Below, one piece after another: positions 10,804 through 23,787 of a stretch of DNA of 64,000 nt; the first letter of the stretch is position 1; every line of letters starts with the position of its first letter. The stretch spans positions 30,258,001 through 30,322,000 of the forward strand of contig NC_086109.1 in NCBI RefSeq assembly GCF_963921235.1. The letters run 5' to 3'. The stretch comes from Mobula hypostoma. Its lineage: Eukaryota. Made by a program: the position numbers and the translations under genes. Under the pieces are notes generated by a model. It was not told the origin of the DNA. It did no database searches and saw only the letters and a list, made by a program, of their open reading frames with translations.

Positions 10804-12223
10804 ACAGAGATCACAGGGTCACTAGATGCTGCAGGGATTTGCACAGGTGTAGTTTTATTCTTCCCTTTCAAAGCATGCATAAAAGGCGTTGAGCTCATCT
10901 GGAAGCACCACAGCCATGATGTTACGTTTCGCCTTCCTGGAAGTAATGGCCTGCAAACACTGCCGAAACTGACATGCATCTGAATCCATCTAAAACCTCA
11001 ATCGGAATTTGTTTTGCCCTTAAAATAGCATTCCATAGGTTGTACTTGGACTTCTTATATAGTTCTGGATTACAGGTCTTGAATGCCACAGACCTAACCC
11101 TCAGCAGACAATGGCTTTTGGTTTGAGTATGTCTGGTATGTGTTTGAAGGCACACACTCATCCATACATGCCTTGATGAAGTCAGTGACAACTATGGCTT
11201 ATTCATTCAGATTTGAAGATGAATTCCTGAACGCTGTCCAGGCCACTGACCACCTCCCTTGGCCTTGGTCCTCATCACTGGTGCTACTGTCATTAGTCTG
11301 TGCTTATAAGCTAGCAGTGGAAGTACAGACAGGTGATCAGACTTCCAAAAGTGTGGGCATGGGGTGGCAAAGTCGGCATTCTTGATGGTGGTATAACAGT
11401 GGTCCAAATATGATGGCTCCTCTGGTTCCACAGGTGATATGTTGGTTGTAGTTGTTCAGAGACTTCAAGCTGGAGTGGTTGAAATTTCCCGCAATAATAG
11501 GGAAGGCATACACATGTGCAATTTAGTGCCTGCTGATCACATTGCTCGTCTCCTTCAGTGCCTGCCTGATATTGGCCTCACTGCTACCAGGATGAGGGCA
11601 AAGAATTCCCTTCGCAGATAAAATGGATGACATTTGACCACTGGGTGCTCTAGGTAGGGTGAACAGGACTGAGACTGAACTACCAAGTCTGTGCACCACA
11701 ATGAGTTACTCGTAAAGTATTCTCCACTATCTCTGCCTTTAAAAGACTGAGCTGTCCTGTCTTAGTGGAGAATGAGAAGTAATCGAATTGCAGCACTGCA
11801 TCCACAATGGCGGGGTATAGCCATGTTTCCATGTGCAGCAAAAGTACACTGCAGTCCCTGTTTTCCCTCTTGTAGAGTAATATTGCTGTGTTATTATTTT
11901 CCAAAGTCTGTATATTTGCAAGCAGGATAGTTGGGAGTGGAAGTTAAGGTCTCTGTGTTTCAGTCATAAATGTAGACCAGTGCGGCATCTCGCTTTCATT
12001 TTGTTAAAGGGGAACTGTACTCGTGATCCAAGTTTGCCGTCCAAAGTTCATAGATTTTGAGTATCAATAGAATTTTTGAAACATCTTAAAATGATGCTGG
12101 TTACTGAAGTACCCGCTGCTGTGTGTGGATTTCAGCTGTAGTAGCCTTAAATGGGAATATTTGATGAATCCAATCAGGGCTGCAATGCAAACAGTTGCCA
12201 CTCAATGGCATCATCTTACTGGA
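10804..12223 (-). mobile_element. Rex-Babar LINE 5' part (APE endonuclease region), degenerate
   Basis: LDHCYTTIKNA...HFWKSDHLSVL (11207-11431) and ETWL motifs; 5'-end-like tccagtaagatg at ~12222. Confidence 0.7.
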
Positions 12224-14715
12224 TATGGATGGTATCTTAATAAAATTGGACCAGAATAGGATTGATCTATATTTTTAAAAGATCAAGGTTCCTAAATTTC
12301 ATGCAAATTAATAAGATATGCACAACAAATTTGGAAGTTACCCAGTTTCGCAATACAGTACTTGTAAATTCAGGAATTGTGCGTGCATTTTTCACCTTGA
12401 CTGTTTTGTGATTAAACCATCTTACAACACCGTATTTCTGGGATGAACAGCAAAGCACAAATGTCAGGTCTTTTCTTTTTCTGCTGCATGGTTTTGACCC
12501 AAAATGCCAGTTCTCCCTTTGTCTCCATCGATGCAACTTGCCCGGCTGAGTTCTTCCAGCAGTTTGTTTTCTGCAGCAGATTCCATCAGCCTTTATGTCT
12601 CCCCATTAAACTCCTTTTTATATTACTGGTACATTTATATGTTTGAATAGAAATTTCTGACGTTAGGGCTTTGTAATGTAATGTTAACTCCTGAATTGAG
12701 TTTTTCAGATTTTTCCGCCATTCAGTAGATTATGTGATCCATTCTTCAATTTCATTTACTTGTTATTTTTAGCATAATATAAATAAATATCCATATCCTT
12801 TGGCATAGTAAAAATGTCACTCACTTTTGAGAATTACAATTGTTCCAACTGTCACAGCCTTGAGAATGAAATAGGTTTATAATTTTTACTGCTCAGCATA
12901 TTTAAAAAGTACTCTCCAATTTCATGACTAATTGATCTCACTCTAATTTCAAAATTTATGGCCCATATTTTGTAGTTTGTAGCAAAGTGAAATGACATTC
13001 AGAGCTCAAAGAATATTGCTGCTATAACAATTTCTACTTTTCACAGCTAATTCTGTTAATTGGGGCCTTCAATGAAATTCGTAGCATGGCTCCTGACACA
13101 ATGTTTTCTAAATACTTTAGTCTGTATTTCTCACTTTCTCCTTACTCCCTGAATTAATTGCTCTGAGAGATTGCTACCACTCTCGAGGTTGCCAAGTCAG
13201 CATGGTTTCCTCTTTACTGCAGTTAAGAGGCTTTTGTTACTCATTTCAGCATATTCTTTGTAGTACAAGTTAATTTAAATATTGTTTGAGACACTATATC
13301 TTCATTTTGAGATGCTTGCAAACGTTTTCCAACTTTAAATCCACTTTTTATATCTTACATGATACATACAGCAGCTTTGTGTGTTTTGATTGTGGTAGCA
13401 GTGCTTACATACTTCCTTTCCATATTGTCAATCTGGTCATTACAGTATCTCTAAGTTGTTGTTTTAATATGCCAATTAATCTTCTGACTTAGTTTGTTGT
13501 GATGGAGCTTCGATGCTTAAATGTTCACCTCTTTTAATCATTTATTTTATACTTGTATTACTTAGTGGCAGTAGATTTAAAGTTGTTTTGTCAGGGCTAA
13601 GGCTTTTCCATCAGTGTGCATTTTTTCCCCTTAGCATAAGATCCGCAGTTCTTATTCGTCTCAAACCATTAGGCCAATGCATGAGCAACATGTAGGTTGG
13701 CAATCATTGAATTACGTCTGATGTAATTCCAACAAAGTTATTTTGAGTTAGATCCATTATGAAATTGAACAAAATGAGGGGAAGGGAGAAAATCCTGAAT
13801 GTAGTTGAAACACTCATGCTGTCCAACATTTCACAATGTCTAGTTTCAGTAGTTTTAGGAGATTATAAATGAAAGCACTCCCTCTGCACCATTGCATGAG
13901 CAAGGCCTGTTCTACAGTGCACAAAGCTTTGGGGGTCATGTACAGTGTATGAATATCACTAAAGAATTTCTAGCTCTCAAAGATTAATGAAGCAGTTTTA
14001 CACATCCATTTCGTTTATTTTTTTCCACATCCATTTTGTTTGTTTTTGCACAATTGAGTTGGGCAATTCTTGGAGAAAGCCTCAATTGTTGGTCACAGTT
14101 ATATTACCTGTAAGAAATTCATCATGTATTGCAAGCCTACAATTCAATCTAAATGAACTAACAAAACACAAGAGGTTCTGCAGGACTGGCAACAGTCCCG
14201 ATGAAGGGTCTTGGCCTAAAACATCAAATCTTTTCATTGATGCTACCTGACTTGCTAAGTTCCTCAAGCATTTTGTGTTTGTTATCCAACATAAAGCTTT
14301 TTTTTCATTAATTACATTTGGTGCAGATACCATTAACCTCACTGTTTCTGAAATTTCCTGCAATAGAGAAACACATGAAACTAATAAAAATCCATAAGGG
14401 CCAGTACTGTAATGCTGAAAATCTGCAGACACACCAGTAAATGCTGAAAATCCTCAGCAGGTCATTGAACTTTTGCAGAGAAAGGGAAAATATTAGCAAT
14501 TTAAGTCTCTGACCAAAAAAAAGACAGTGTTCATTTTTTGACAGGACTTCAATTACTGAAGTAGAACAAGGTTTTGGTAATTAAACAAAGCCTTATTAGC
14601 TACAAATTTGAAATCGATTCCTTGAAGCACCTAAAATAGTATCTTTTTTTTTAGTTTTAGGGCAAGGGTTAAGACACCTAAAATCATAATTGTACTTGCT
14701 ATGTTCCCTTTAGAA

Positions 14716-14795
14716 CAGGGGTTCCCAACCTGGGGTCCATGGACCCCTTGCTTAATGATATTGGTTCATGGCATTATAAAGATTAGGAATCTCTG
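14716..14795. mobile_element. Short hAT (Charlie-like) MITE
   Basis: Left end caggggttcccaacct, degenerate right end gattaggaatctctg, internal palindrome ggggtccatggacccc. Confidence 0.7.
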
Positions 14796-15039
14796 TTCGA
14801 GAGGGAACTGAGCAAGTACAATTATGATTTTAGGTGTCTTATTCAATTAAAATATTTTTCACTGTTCCACAGAAAAATAAATTAGAATATGCAGAAAATC
14901 AATTGCACAAACCCCTTTTTTCTGTGATTAAATAACTTCTTTCAGCAACCTAAATTAGTTGCAAGATGCAAAAAATGGAGAGTCTTAACATCCAAAGGGA
15001 AGCTATTGCACTCCATGTTGACCTGTTTGAGATTTAGGT

Positions 15040-15320
15040 GGGAATAATAATGTGGTGGTGGATACTATAAAGAGCACTAAATTGTAAAACAAAATCAAAT
15101 CAATATTCAGTGCAACCACCTTTTGCCTTTTAAAAAAAAGTGCATCAGTTCTCTTAGATACACTGTTCATGCAGTTTTATAAGAAAATCGGCTGGTAGGT
15201 TGTTGCTAGCATCTTGGAGAACTTGCCACATTTCTTTGGAAGACTTTGGCTGTCTCACTTGCTTCTGTCTTTCCAGGTAATTCCAGAAAGCATAAATGAT
15301 GTTGAGATCAGGACTCTGTT
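15040..15320 (-). mobile_element. Tc1 transposase 3' remnant
   Basis: Minus strand reads approximately QSPDLNII..WNYLERQKQVRQPKSSKEMWQVLQDA...AKGG.TEY*. Confidence 0.7.
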
Positions 15321-15840
15321 CAAAAGTTCAAAGCACGTTTATTATCAAAGTATCAATATTTTATAAAACCTTGAAATGAGTCAGGCAGCCAGAGAATAAA
15401 GGAACCCATGAGAACCCATTAAAACAAAGGAAGACCAATGAGCACCTAATCTGCAGAGAAAATTTAAAAAAAAACAAATTGTGCAAACAATAAAAGTAAG
15501 TAAATAACATTCAGGACAAAAGTTCACAAAAGTGAATTGGCAATCACTGTATCTGATTCAGAGACTGTTAGTTGCAGGCCACAACCTCAGTTCCGTGCAG
15601 AGGTGAGTAAATCTCACAGAGCAGTGAGCTGAACTGGCCCATCCCTTGCCTCCGGCCCCAACACTCAATTCTTTTCAATTTGGCCTGGTGTTTATTTCGC
15701 CCAAACCTCAGGTCGTTCCTTGCTTTCGGACCAGTTCCATACCATCTGAAACCATGTAAAATATCTAGACCGTATAAAATCTGAACCATATTAAAAAAGT
15801 ACTATATATATATATATATACACACACGCACATACATACA

Positions 15841-17286
15841 CAAACCCCATTTCCAGAAAAGTTGGGATATTTTCCAAAATGCAATAAAAACAAAAATCTG
15901 TTATATGTTAATTCACGTGAACCTTTATTTAACTGACAAAAGTACAAAGAAAAGATTTTCAATAGTTTTACTGACCAACTTAATTGTATTTTGTAAACAT
16001 ACACAAATTTAGAATTTGATGGCTGCAACACACTGACAAAAGTTGGGACAGAGGCATGTTTACCATTGTGTGACATCACCTTTCCTTTTAATAACACTTT
16101 TTAATCGTTTTGGAACTGAGGATACTAATTGTAGTAGATTTGCAATTGGAAATTTTGTCCATTCTTGCTTGATATAAAGGCTTCAGCTACTCAACAGTCC
16201 GTGGTCTCCGTTGTCTGGTTCTCCTCTTCATGATGCGCCATACATTTTCAATAGGAGCTAGAACTGGACTGGCAGCAGGCCAGTCAAGCACACGCACTCT
16301 GTGTCTACAAAGCCATGCTGTTGGAGCCGGTGCAGAATGTGGTCTGGCATTGTCCTGCTGAAATAAGCATGGACGTCCCGGGAACAGACATTGACTTGAT
16401 GGCAACATATGTCTCTCTAATATCCTAATATACTCCTCAGAGTCAATGGTACCTTCACATACATGCAACTCACCCATGCCATGGGCACTGACGTACCCCC
16501 ATACCATCACAGATGCTGGCTTTTCCACCTTTCGCTGATAACAATCTGGATGGTCGTTTTCACCTTTGGCACGGAGAACTTGACGCCCGTTTTTTTCGGA
16601 AAACTAGCTGAAATGTGGACTCATCTGACCACAGCACACGGTTCCACAGTCTTTCGGTCCACCTGAGATGAACTTGGGCCCAGAGAACTCGCCGGTGTTT
16701 CTGCGTAGAGTTGATGTATGGCTTCCTCCTTGCGTAATACAGTTTCAAGTTGCATTTCTGGATGCAGCGACGGACTGTGTTGAGTGACAATAGTTTTCCG
16801 AAGAACTCCCGAGCCCTGGTGGCTATAATTGTCACAGTAGCATGACGGTTTCTTAGGCAGTGCCGCCTGAGGGCTCGAAGATCATGCGCATTCAACAGTG
16901 GTTTCCGACCTTGCCCTTTACGCACTGAGATGTCTCTGAATTCTCTGAATCTTTTCAGAAAATTATGTACAGTAGATGTTGAAAGACCTAAATTCTCTGC
17001 AATCTTACGTTGAGAAATGTTCCTTTTGAACTGATACTTGAATATTCTGTGCACTTTTCAATCTTATTTTAACTCTGTCCCAACTTTTGTTGAGTGTGTT
17101 GCAGCCATCAAATTCTAAATTTATGTATGTTTACAAAATACAATTAAGTTGGTTAGTAAAACTACTGAAAATCTTTTCTTTGTACTTTTGTCAGTTAAAT
17201 AAAGGTTCACGTGAATTAACATATCACAGATTTTTGTTTTTATTGCATTTTGGAAAATATCCCAACTTTTCTGGAAATGGGGTTTG
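15841..17286 (-). mobile_element. Tc1 (DD34E) transposon with ~213-bp TIRs; transposase pseudogene at ~16060-17036
   Basis: TIRs at 15841-16053 and 17073-17286 are nearly identical, with inner and outer aaaagttggga repeats. WSDES and FQQDNARPH...PIENVW give 34 residues between D and E. Frameshift near 16590, TAG at 16187-16189, N-terminus missing. Confidence 0.95.
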
Positions 17287-17296
17287 TATATAAAAG

Positions 17297-17302
17297 ACAC
17301 AG

Positions 17303-17388
<86 letters not shown>

Positions 17389-17390
17389 CA
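17297..17390. repeat. (CA)n(TA)n microsatellite
   Basis: Read directly; abuts the Tc1 end. Confidence 0.95.
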
Positions 17391-19239
17391 CATATTTACA
17401 GATATGTATACATGCATACAGTATATGACTTAGAAGTCTGCATGTGTGTGCGTTTTGACCTCTGAATCCTCTATATAGGAATCAGATATATACAATGGAA
17501 TTTTTAGAGCAGATTTTTCCACATTCACTTCCTTATTAGGCACTGAAAGTTATCAAAATTAAAAAAAAATGATTGAAATAAATTAGGTTGTACATCAGAA
17601 TCAAAGAGTCTATCTCAAAAATATTTATCATAATGGTAGTTTCTGGGTTATAAATTTTGGCTTGGTGGTGTATGTTTCATTTTGCAACTCCTTGGAACTT
17701 TAATGTATCCAGGTTTAGCTTTGCTATTTGAGTTTTTAGACCAGCTACTAAAATAGAAGCAATCCAATCAAATATAATCCTGGCCTTTCTGGTCGTGACT
17801 GATTTCATGCCTTACAGTAAGGGTATTTTGCATTCTGCTACACGCATCACAAAAATATAAAAGAGCACCTGAGAGACTGCAGATGCAGAGATTTTTAGTG
17901 GGAGGAATGATTCAGCCTCTGCAGGCTTCTCTGTTATCCTGCAGTGTTTTTGTCAAACTTACACAGTTCTGAACTTGTATATACGATAAAAAAAATTCAA
18001 ATATAGACAGAGTTTATATTAGATTCGTTATAATTTTTACTTAAATACTCCATGTAGGTGTGGGTAAAATGATCCTTTGGGTTTAATCTGGTTGTTGTAT
18101 CCTCGGATCTTTGCAAGATGTTCTAATGTAGTAGAATTTCTTTCAACATTTACCAAATCTATCATTCAGTATTGTTATTAATGCATATTTGTTAAGTTAA
18201 TATGGTTAAACAGGATTTGCAACATGTAGTGAAGCGTGCTCAGGAAGAAATAAATCTACCTTCTCGGTAAGACAAGAAATATTGGATTGATTTTGTTTTG
18301 CACTGCTCAAAATACTAAACACATCCTTCTAAGTGCATGAATGTTTAGCCTTGCACTATTGACAAGGTGTGATCTCACAAAGTGGCACTGTTGATAACCT
18401 GTGTGTTTCATTGATCAAATGTCTGGCAAATTGGCTGCTAGTCCTATGCACATACAGGATAATTAACTACCAGTTGAATTTTCTTCCTAATACTCAGTTC
18501 CATTGAGTTTTTTGTGGAAATGAACAGGGGTCCTTTCTAATCTTAACCTGGCACATTGCTAATTGTTATAATATGTTGTTTTTGTCACCAGAATGGGCAA
18601 ATGACAAGTAAAAAATTTAAAGTTAAAGTAGATTTCAAAATAATGTTGAATAAGGTAGGTTGTAAATAGCACAATATTAATAAAGAGAGTTATGGTTGTC
18701 ATTTACAGAAGGGACCAATTTCAATGAGATAAGAACAGATTTGACCCATGTAAATTGGAATCAGAAATGTGCAGCCAAAACTATAAGTAAACATTGGAAG
18801 GCTTTTGGAATGGAATTGTTTCAGCTTCTGTTGACCTGAATTGTGAGGAGGGACAAAGATGGGGCAATTAAAGCCATAGTTCCACAGATGATTAAAAAAA
18901 ATAAAGTAAAATAGAAAGCAAAAGAAGAGCATAGGACAGATTCCAGGTAAAGGTGATTACCTGGAGTCAGGGTGATTACAGAAAAGAAATAGAGAAGGAA
19001 ATGACAGGGTCAACTCACGTACATGAGAAATAAATAACAGAATGCACAAGTATTATGTTGGCTTGTTGAAAGGGGAAGCATGCAACTGACTGGAGACCAA
19101 AAGTAAATATATTCACGAAGGCAGAGAACATGGTTGAAATACTACATGGAGAGTTGTGTCAGTCGTCAAAGAACGTGCCTCAACAAATGAAGCTGTAATT
19201 AAGATTCTAGATGGTTAATAATTTACAGAGGATATGTCA

Positions 19240-19441
19240 AGCAACACGCTCAAAAGGCTGGAGGAACTCAGCAGGCCAGGCAGCATCTATGGAAAAAGAA
19301 TAGTTGACGTTTCGGGCTGAGACCTTTTAGCAGGACCTGAAACGTTGACTGTACTTTTTTCCATAGATGCCTGACCTACTGAATTCCTCCAGCATTTCGT
19401 GCGTGTTGCTTGGATTTCCAGCATCTTCAGATTTTCTCTTG
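19240..19441. mobile_element. Inverted pair of Penelope-like terminal fragments
   Basis: 14-bp TSD cagaggatatgtca (19226-19239 / 19442-19455). The arms invert around 19320-19337, next to the hammerhead region. Confidence 0.8.
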
Positions 19442-19455
19442 CAGAGGATATGTCA

Positions 19456-20200
19456 CTTAGTTGCTGGAGGAAGTGATGGAGGATATTATGGAGACTCTCA
19501 CCATAATCTTCCAATTGTCTATAGATTCTAGGTGGTATACCAGGATCAGAAAACTGTTCAAAAAGGAATGCAGATGTAAACCTTGTAACAATGGACAGCA
19601 TGCCAAATCTCAATGGGGAGAAGATTCTAGAACCATAATTAGGGTCAGAATAAATAGTCATTTGGATCCGTAAGAAAAAGCCACTTAGATTTGTTGAATG
19701 CAGATTAGCTTAAATTACCTTCATAAAAAATTGGAAGAAATAGCAGTTATAGAAGGTAGATAAAAGATGTGGGATTGATGAGGTGTATATAAGTCTTCTA
19801 AAATAATTTGCATAAGGTTCTGCATGATAAGATTATCATCAAGGTTGAAAACTGAAATAAAAGCTTGCACAAGCCTGGAATGGTGAAGTATCAGGAAATA
19901 GAGGGTAACAGTAAAGGGTTGTTTCGCCAAACTAGAGAAAAGTGTACCATAGAATTCCCAAGAGGTTGCTACGAGGACCATTGCTTTTCTTCAATGGATA
20001 TTAACAAGTTAGACGAGCGCACAGTGCGCAATTTCCAACTTCACCATTAACACAAAATCTGATGGCGATGGTGATCTCTGAAGAGGATACAATAGACTTC
20101 AAGGAGATGTTAGCAGTTGTTGGAGTGGGTGAATAGGTGACAGATGAAATCTTTTTTCCATTTTTGTAGAACAAGTGAGAACAATCTATATTTTTTCTAA
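19456..20200 (+). mobile_element. Old CR1 ORF2 remnant
   Basis: LTIIFQLSID..., ...DINKLD and degenerate RT motifs. Confidence 0.55.
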
Positions 20201-20420
20201 GAGCAGAATTTGAATTGGCTTTATTTCTTCCATCCTTCACATACATGAGGAGTAAAAATCTTTATGTTACATCTCTATCTAAATGTGCAATGTGCAATCG
20301 TAGTCATTTATAATAATTTATAATAAATAGAGCGTCAATGTGATATAGAAATACACTCAAATCAGTCTGATGGCCTGGTGGAAGAAGCTGTCCCGAGCCT
20401 GTTGGTCCTGGCAATTTTGA

Positions 20421-20760
20421 GAGGGGTGCACAGTGAGTAGAGCTGCTACCTCAAAATGCCAGTGGACCCAGGTTCAATCCTGACCTGAGGTTCTCTCTGT
20501 GTGGAGTTTGTATGTTGTTTCTGTGACTGCTCGGCTTTCTTCGAGGTGGACTGCTTTTCTTTACATCTATAGATGCGTGGGTTGCTAGGTTAGTGGCCAC
20601 CGTAAATGATCTTTATTGTGTAAATGAGTGGTGGAATGTGGGTGGAGTTTATGACAACGTAAAAACAATAAAAAAAATTATTGAAAGATTAGTATAAATG
20701 GGTGGTTAATGGATGGCACAAATTTGGTCGGTTAGAAGGCCCAATTACTTGTTGCATGGT
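20421..20760 (+). mobile_element. HE1-like SINE
   Basis: tRNA-like head (gacccaggttcaatcctgacc), then tgtgtggagtttgtatgtt and a LINE-like tail. Confidence 0.7.
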
Positions 20761-21029
20761 TTTATTACACCAAGTGAGAGAGAGAGTGAAATTCATAAAG
20801 GTTGTAAATAGGATCCATAGGGGAAAAAACATTACACATTGGCAAAGGAGTAGGAATGTTTAAAAATAAAATGGATCCAATTCTTTTTAACTGCTGAACT
20901 GAAGCAGGTATTTCTGTTAAGTAATTAGGAATGTGATGAGGCCTTACTCCAATATGTTAAGGCTGGGTTTAGTCAAATGTTGTAAGACAAAGTGCTTAAA
21001 GGTTTTGAAACCAACATATGTGGTTGGAG

Positions 21030-21610
21030 TTCAGAATCAGGCTTAAAATCACTGACACATGTCATGAGATTTGTTATGTTTGTGGCAACAGTACAATGCA
21101 ATACATATAAAGAAAATGAATTACAGGAAGTGTGTTTATATTAAATAAGGAATACAAAAAATAATAAAAATTTAAAAAGTAGTGTGGTAGAGTTTATGTG
21201 TTCAATATCCATTCAAAATTGGATGGCAGAAGGGAAGAAGCTGTTCCTGAATTGAGTATCTGCCTTCAGGCTTCTGTACTTCCTTCCTGATGGTAGCAAT
21301 GAGAATAGGGCATGTCCAGGGTGGTGAAAATCCTAATGATGGATGCCACCTTTTTGAGGCATCGATCTTTGAAGATGTCCTGGATACTACAGAGGCTAGT
21401 ATGTATGATAGAGCTGACTAAGTTTGCAACTTTCTGCAGTTTATTTCATAGAACATAGAATAGTACATCAATCCTGTGTAGTAGCCCCCCCCCACCCCCG
21501 CCACCGCCTCCCATACCAGACAGTGATGCAGCCAGCTAGAATGCTCTCCGTGCTACATCTGTAGTAATTTGCGTGTCTTTGGTGAATTACCAAATCTCCA
21601 AGTTCCTAAT
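21030..21610 (-). mobile_element. Rex-Babar LINE 3' fragment
   Basis: Homologous to 9975-10390 (gggaagaagctgttcctga...ccataccagacagtgatgcagcc). Confidence 0.7.
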
Positions 21611-22699
21611 GAAATATAGTTGCTGTCAGGGATCCAGTTGCAGAGGGAGGTAAAGAGGTTCTGGTTTTGGAGCTTTTCGACCAGAACTGTAGGAATGATC
21701 GTTAAAATCTGAGATGTCGTCAATAAGCAACATAGGTCAATGAAAAACGAACTGAACTGTGAAACAGTTTGAAAAGGTTGGAATGGTTTGTTCCTGGCAT
21801 CTGCAAAATAAATGGAATGTCCATTTGTTGAATTGCAAATGTAGGAAAGTGGCATTTTATTTTCAGAACATTAATAAATAGGCATGATAGTGTCATTAAC
21901 TTTATTTTATTGGCTTTCAGATTATCTTTCTTGTTTATTTGATTTGTTCACGAATTCTTCAAATTCCTCATGTTTGTCCAATTTGAATTTAATTAATTTT
22001 CAAAAGCAGTTTCTATTCAAGTAGCTTAAAATATAAATTTAGAGTTCTATTATCTTATGAGCTACATTTTCTGGTTGCTAATCAACTTTATCTGTCTGTC
22101 TTGATTCAACATATGTGATGGCATCATACGCCATGTAATCCTCCTTTAGCGTATTTTTAGCACTGAGCAACATTTCAAAACGTTTAATTTCTTAGTGGAA
22201 CCAATTTGTTCTGATGAACATGTGAAGCTGCTTTTTTTAAATCACTTTTGTTTGACTTTTTTAAGTGATTATCAATACCTCAACAGAAAAGATACAATAT
22301 TATTATTGATGATGCTATTTATTAAACCTCAGTCAATCTGTGAGAGTTCCTCTTGTTTCTATTTTTAAAGAATTCAATTCAGAGTTGACCTGAGTAATAC
22401 ATTTGTGGAATTAATTGATTTGCTGCATATCGCCCAGGGCAAAAATATCATAGAATTATCAGAATATCTGGCCCATACATTCTAAAGTGCAATTGTGATA
22501 TGTGAAGAAAAGGAATGTTCACTGTGCTGAATGCATACAATCAATAACACTGCTTTATATTTTGTCTTGGATGTTTTTGGAACTACATTCAAGTTTGTTG
22601 TATTCTAACTGTACATATATAGAACCAAAAGAAACAACATTCCTCTGGACCATGGTGCACCTACAATGTATATATTGCACACAGCACATAAAATACTAC

Positions 22700-23300
22700 T
22701 TCAAATGTTAATGAAATCTAATTCAAAATGCACGTGAAATGTTTCAGTGCAGGTGAAAACAGTAAACAGCTTGCTGTCCTAGTGACAAGATCTGTGTGGT
22801 GACATGGTATTCATTAGTTTCACAGCCTGGGCGAGAAGCTTCTGACCAGTCTGGCAGTCCTAGTCTTGATGCTGCTGTACCTCCTTCCTGACAATACTGG
22901 ATCAAAGAGATTGTGGGTGGTAGGGATCCTCAATAATGCCTTGTGCCTTTCATATACAGTGCTCCCAGTAAATGTCACAAATAAGGGAGAGAGAGACCCA
23001 GACAGTAAAAATCTCAGCAGTTCTTAGTATCCTTTGTAGGGTCTTGCAGTTTTGCAGTTTCCATACCACACAATGATGCAACCTGACAGGACACTTTGGA
23101 TGGTGTTCCTGTAGGATGTTGAGTTGGGGAGACTTATAAACCTCATTCTCCATAGAAAGTGCAAACACTGCTGTGCCTTCTTGACTAATGAGGTATTGTT
23201 GTGGATCCAGGTTAGATTGTCAGTTATGTGTACACAAAGGAACTTTGTGCTTTTCATTCTCTCCACTATAGAACCATTGATGTGCACTCTCTCCATAGCA
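22700..23300 (-). mobile_element. Rex-Babar LINE RT C-terminal fragment
   Basis: ORF 23024-23404: VERMKSTKFLCVHITDNLTW...VKKAQQCLHFL...SVLSGCIIVWYGNC. Confidence 0.8.
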
Positions 23301-23787
23301 GAGTGATTGATGTGCAATGATGCAGGGATAGAAAATTGCATCACACTCCTGACTTTTGCTATGTATGATATAGAAAGGCTATGCGAAGACTGAAAGTAAA
23401 TCAATTGTCAGAGAATACCCACTTTCCTATCTATTTTTGTTGTCACAAAGGGGATATTTTGCCTGTACTTGATCAAAGGAAACCCTGTCCCTTTAGCCAG
23501 GAATTCTGATATTGGAGGATTTAGCAACAGTACTGTGATTAGATATTAAAGCTAATTGGTTAAATTCTCATCAGAGGTTGTCACCGTCATTTATCAACAT
23601 AGGCCAAAGTATGGTCCAGATCTTGCTGCCTGTAGGCACGACTGCATTGCAATGTGATAGGTTGCAAATAAAATTGAACACTTTTAATCATCAGCAAGCT
23701 GTCTCAATGCTGGCTTGTGTCTGTGCATGCTGTTCTGTTTAGTATTATCATTCTATTTTGTAGCTTCACTGTTTATACCTCACTCCA

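Noticed and set aside
15765..17465. Two near-identical ORFs (15765-16097 - and 17087-17293 +) suggesting a duplicated gene
   Set aside because: They are the two Tc1 TIRs read in opposite directions.
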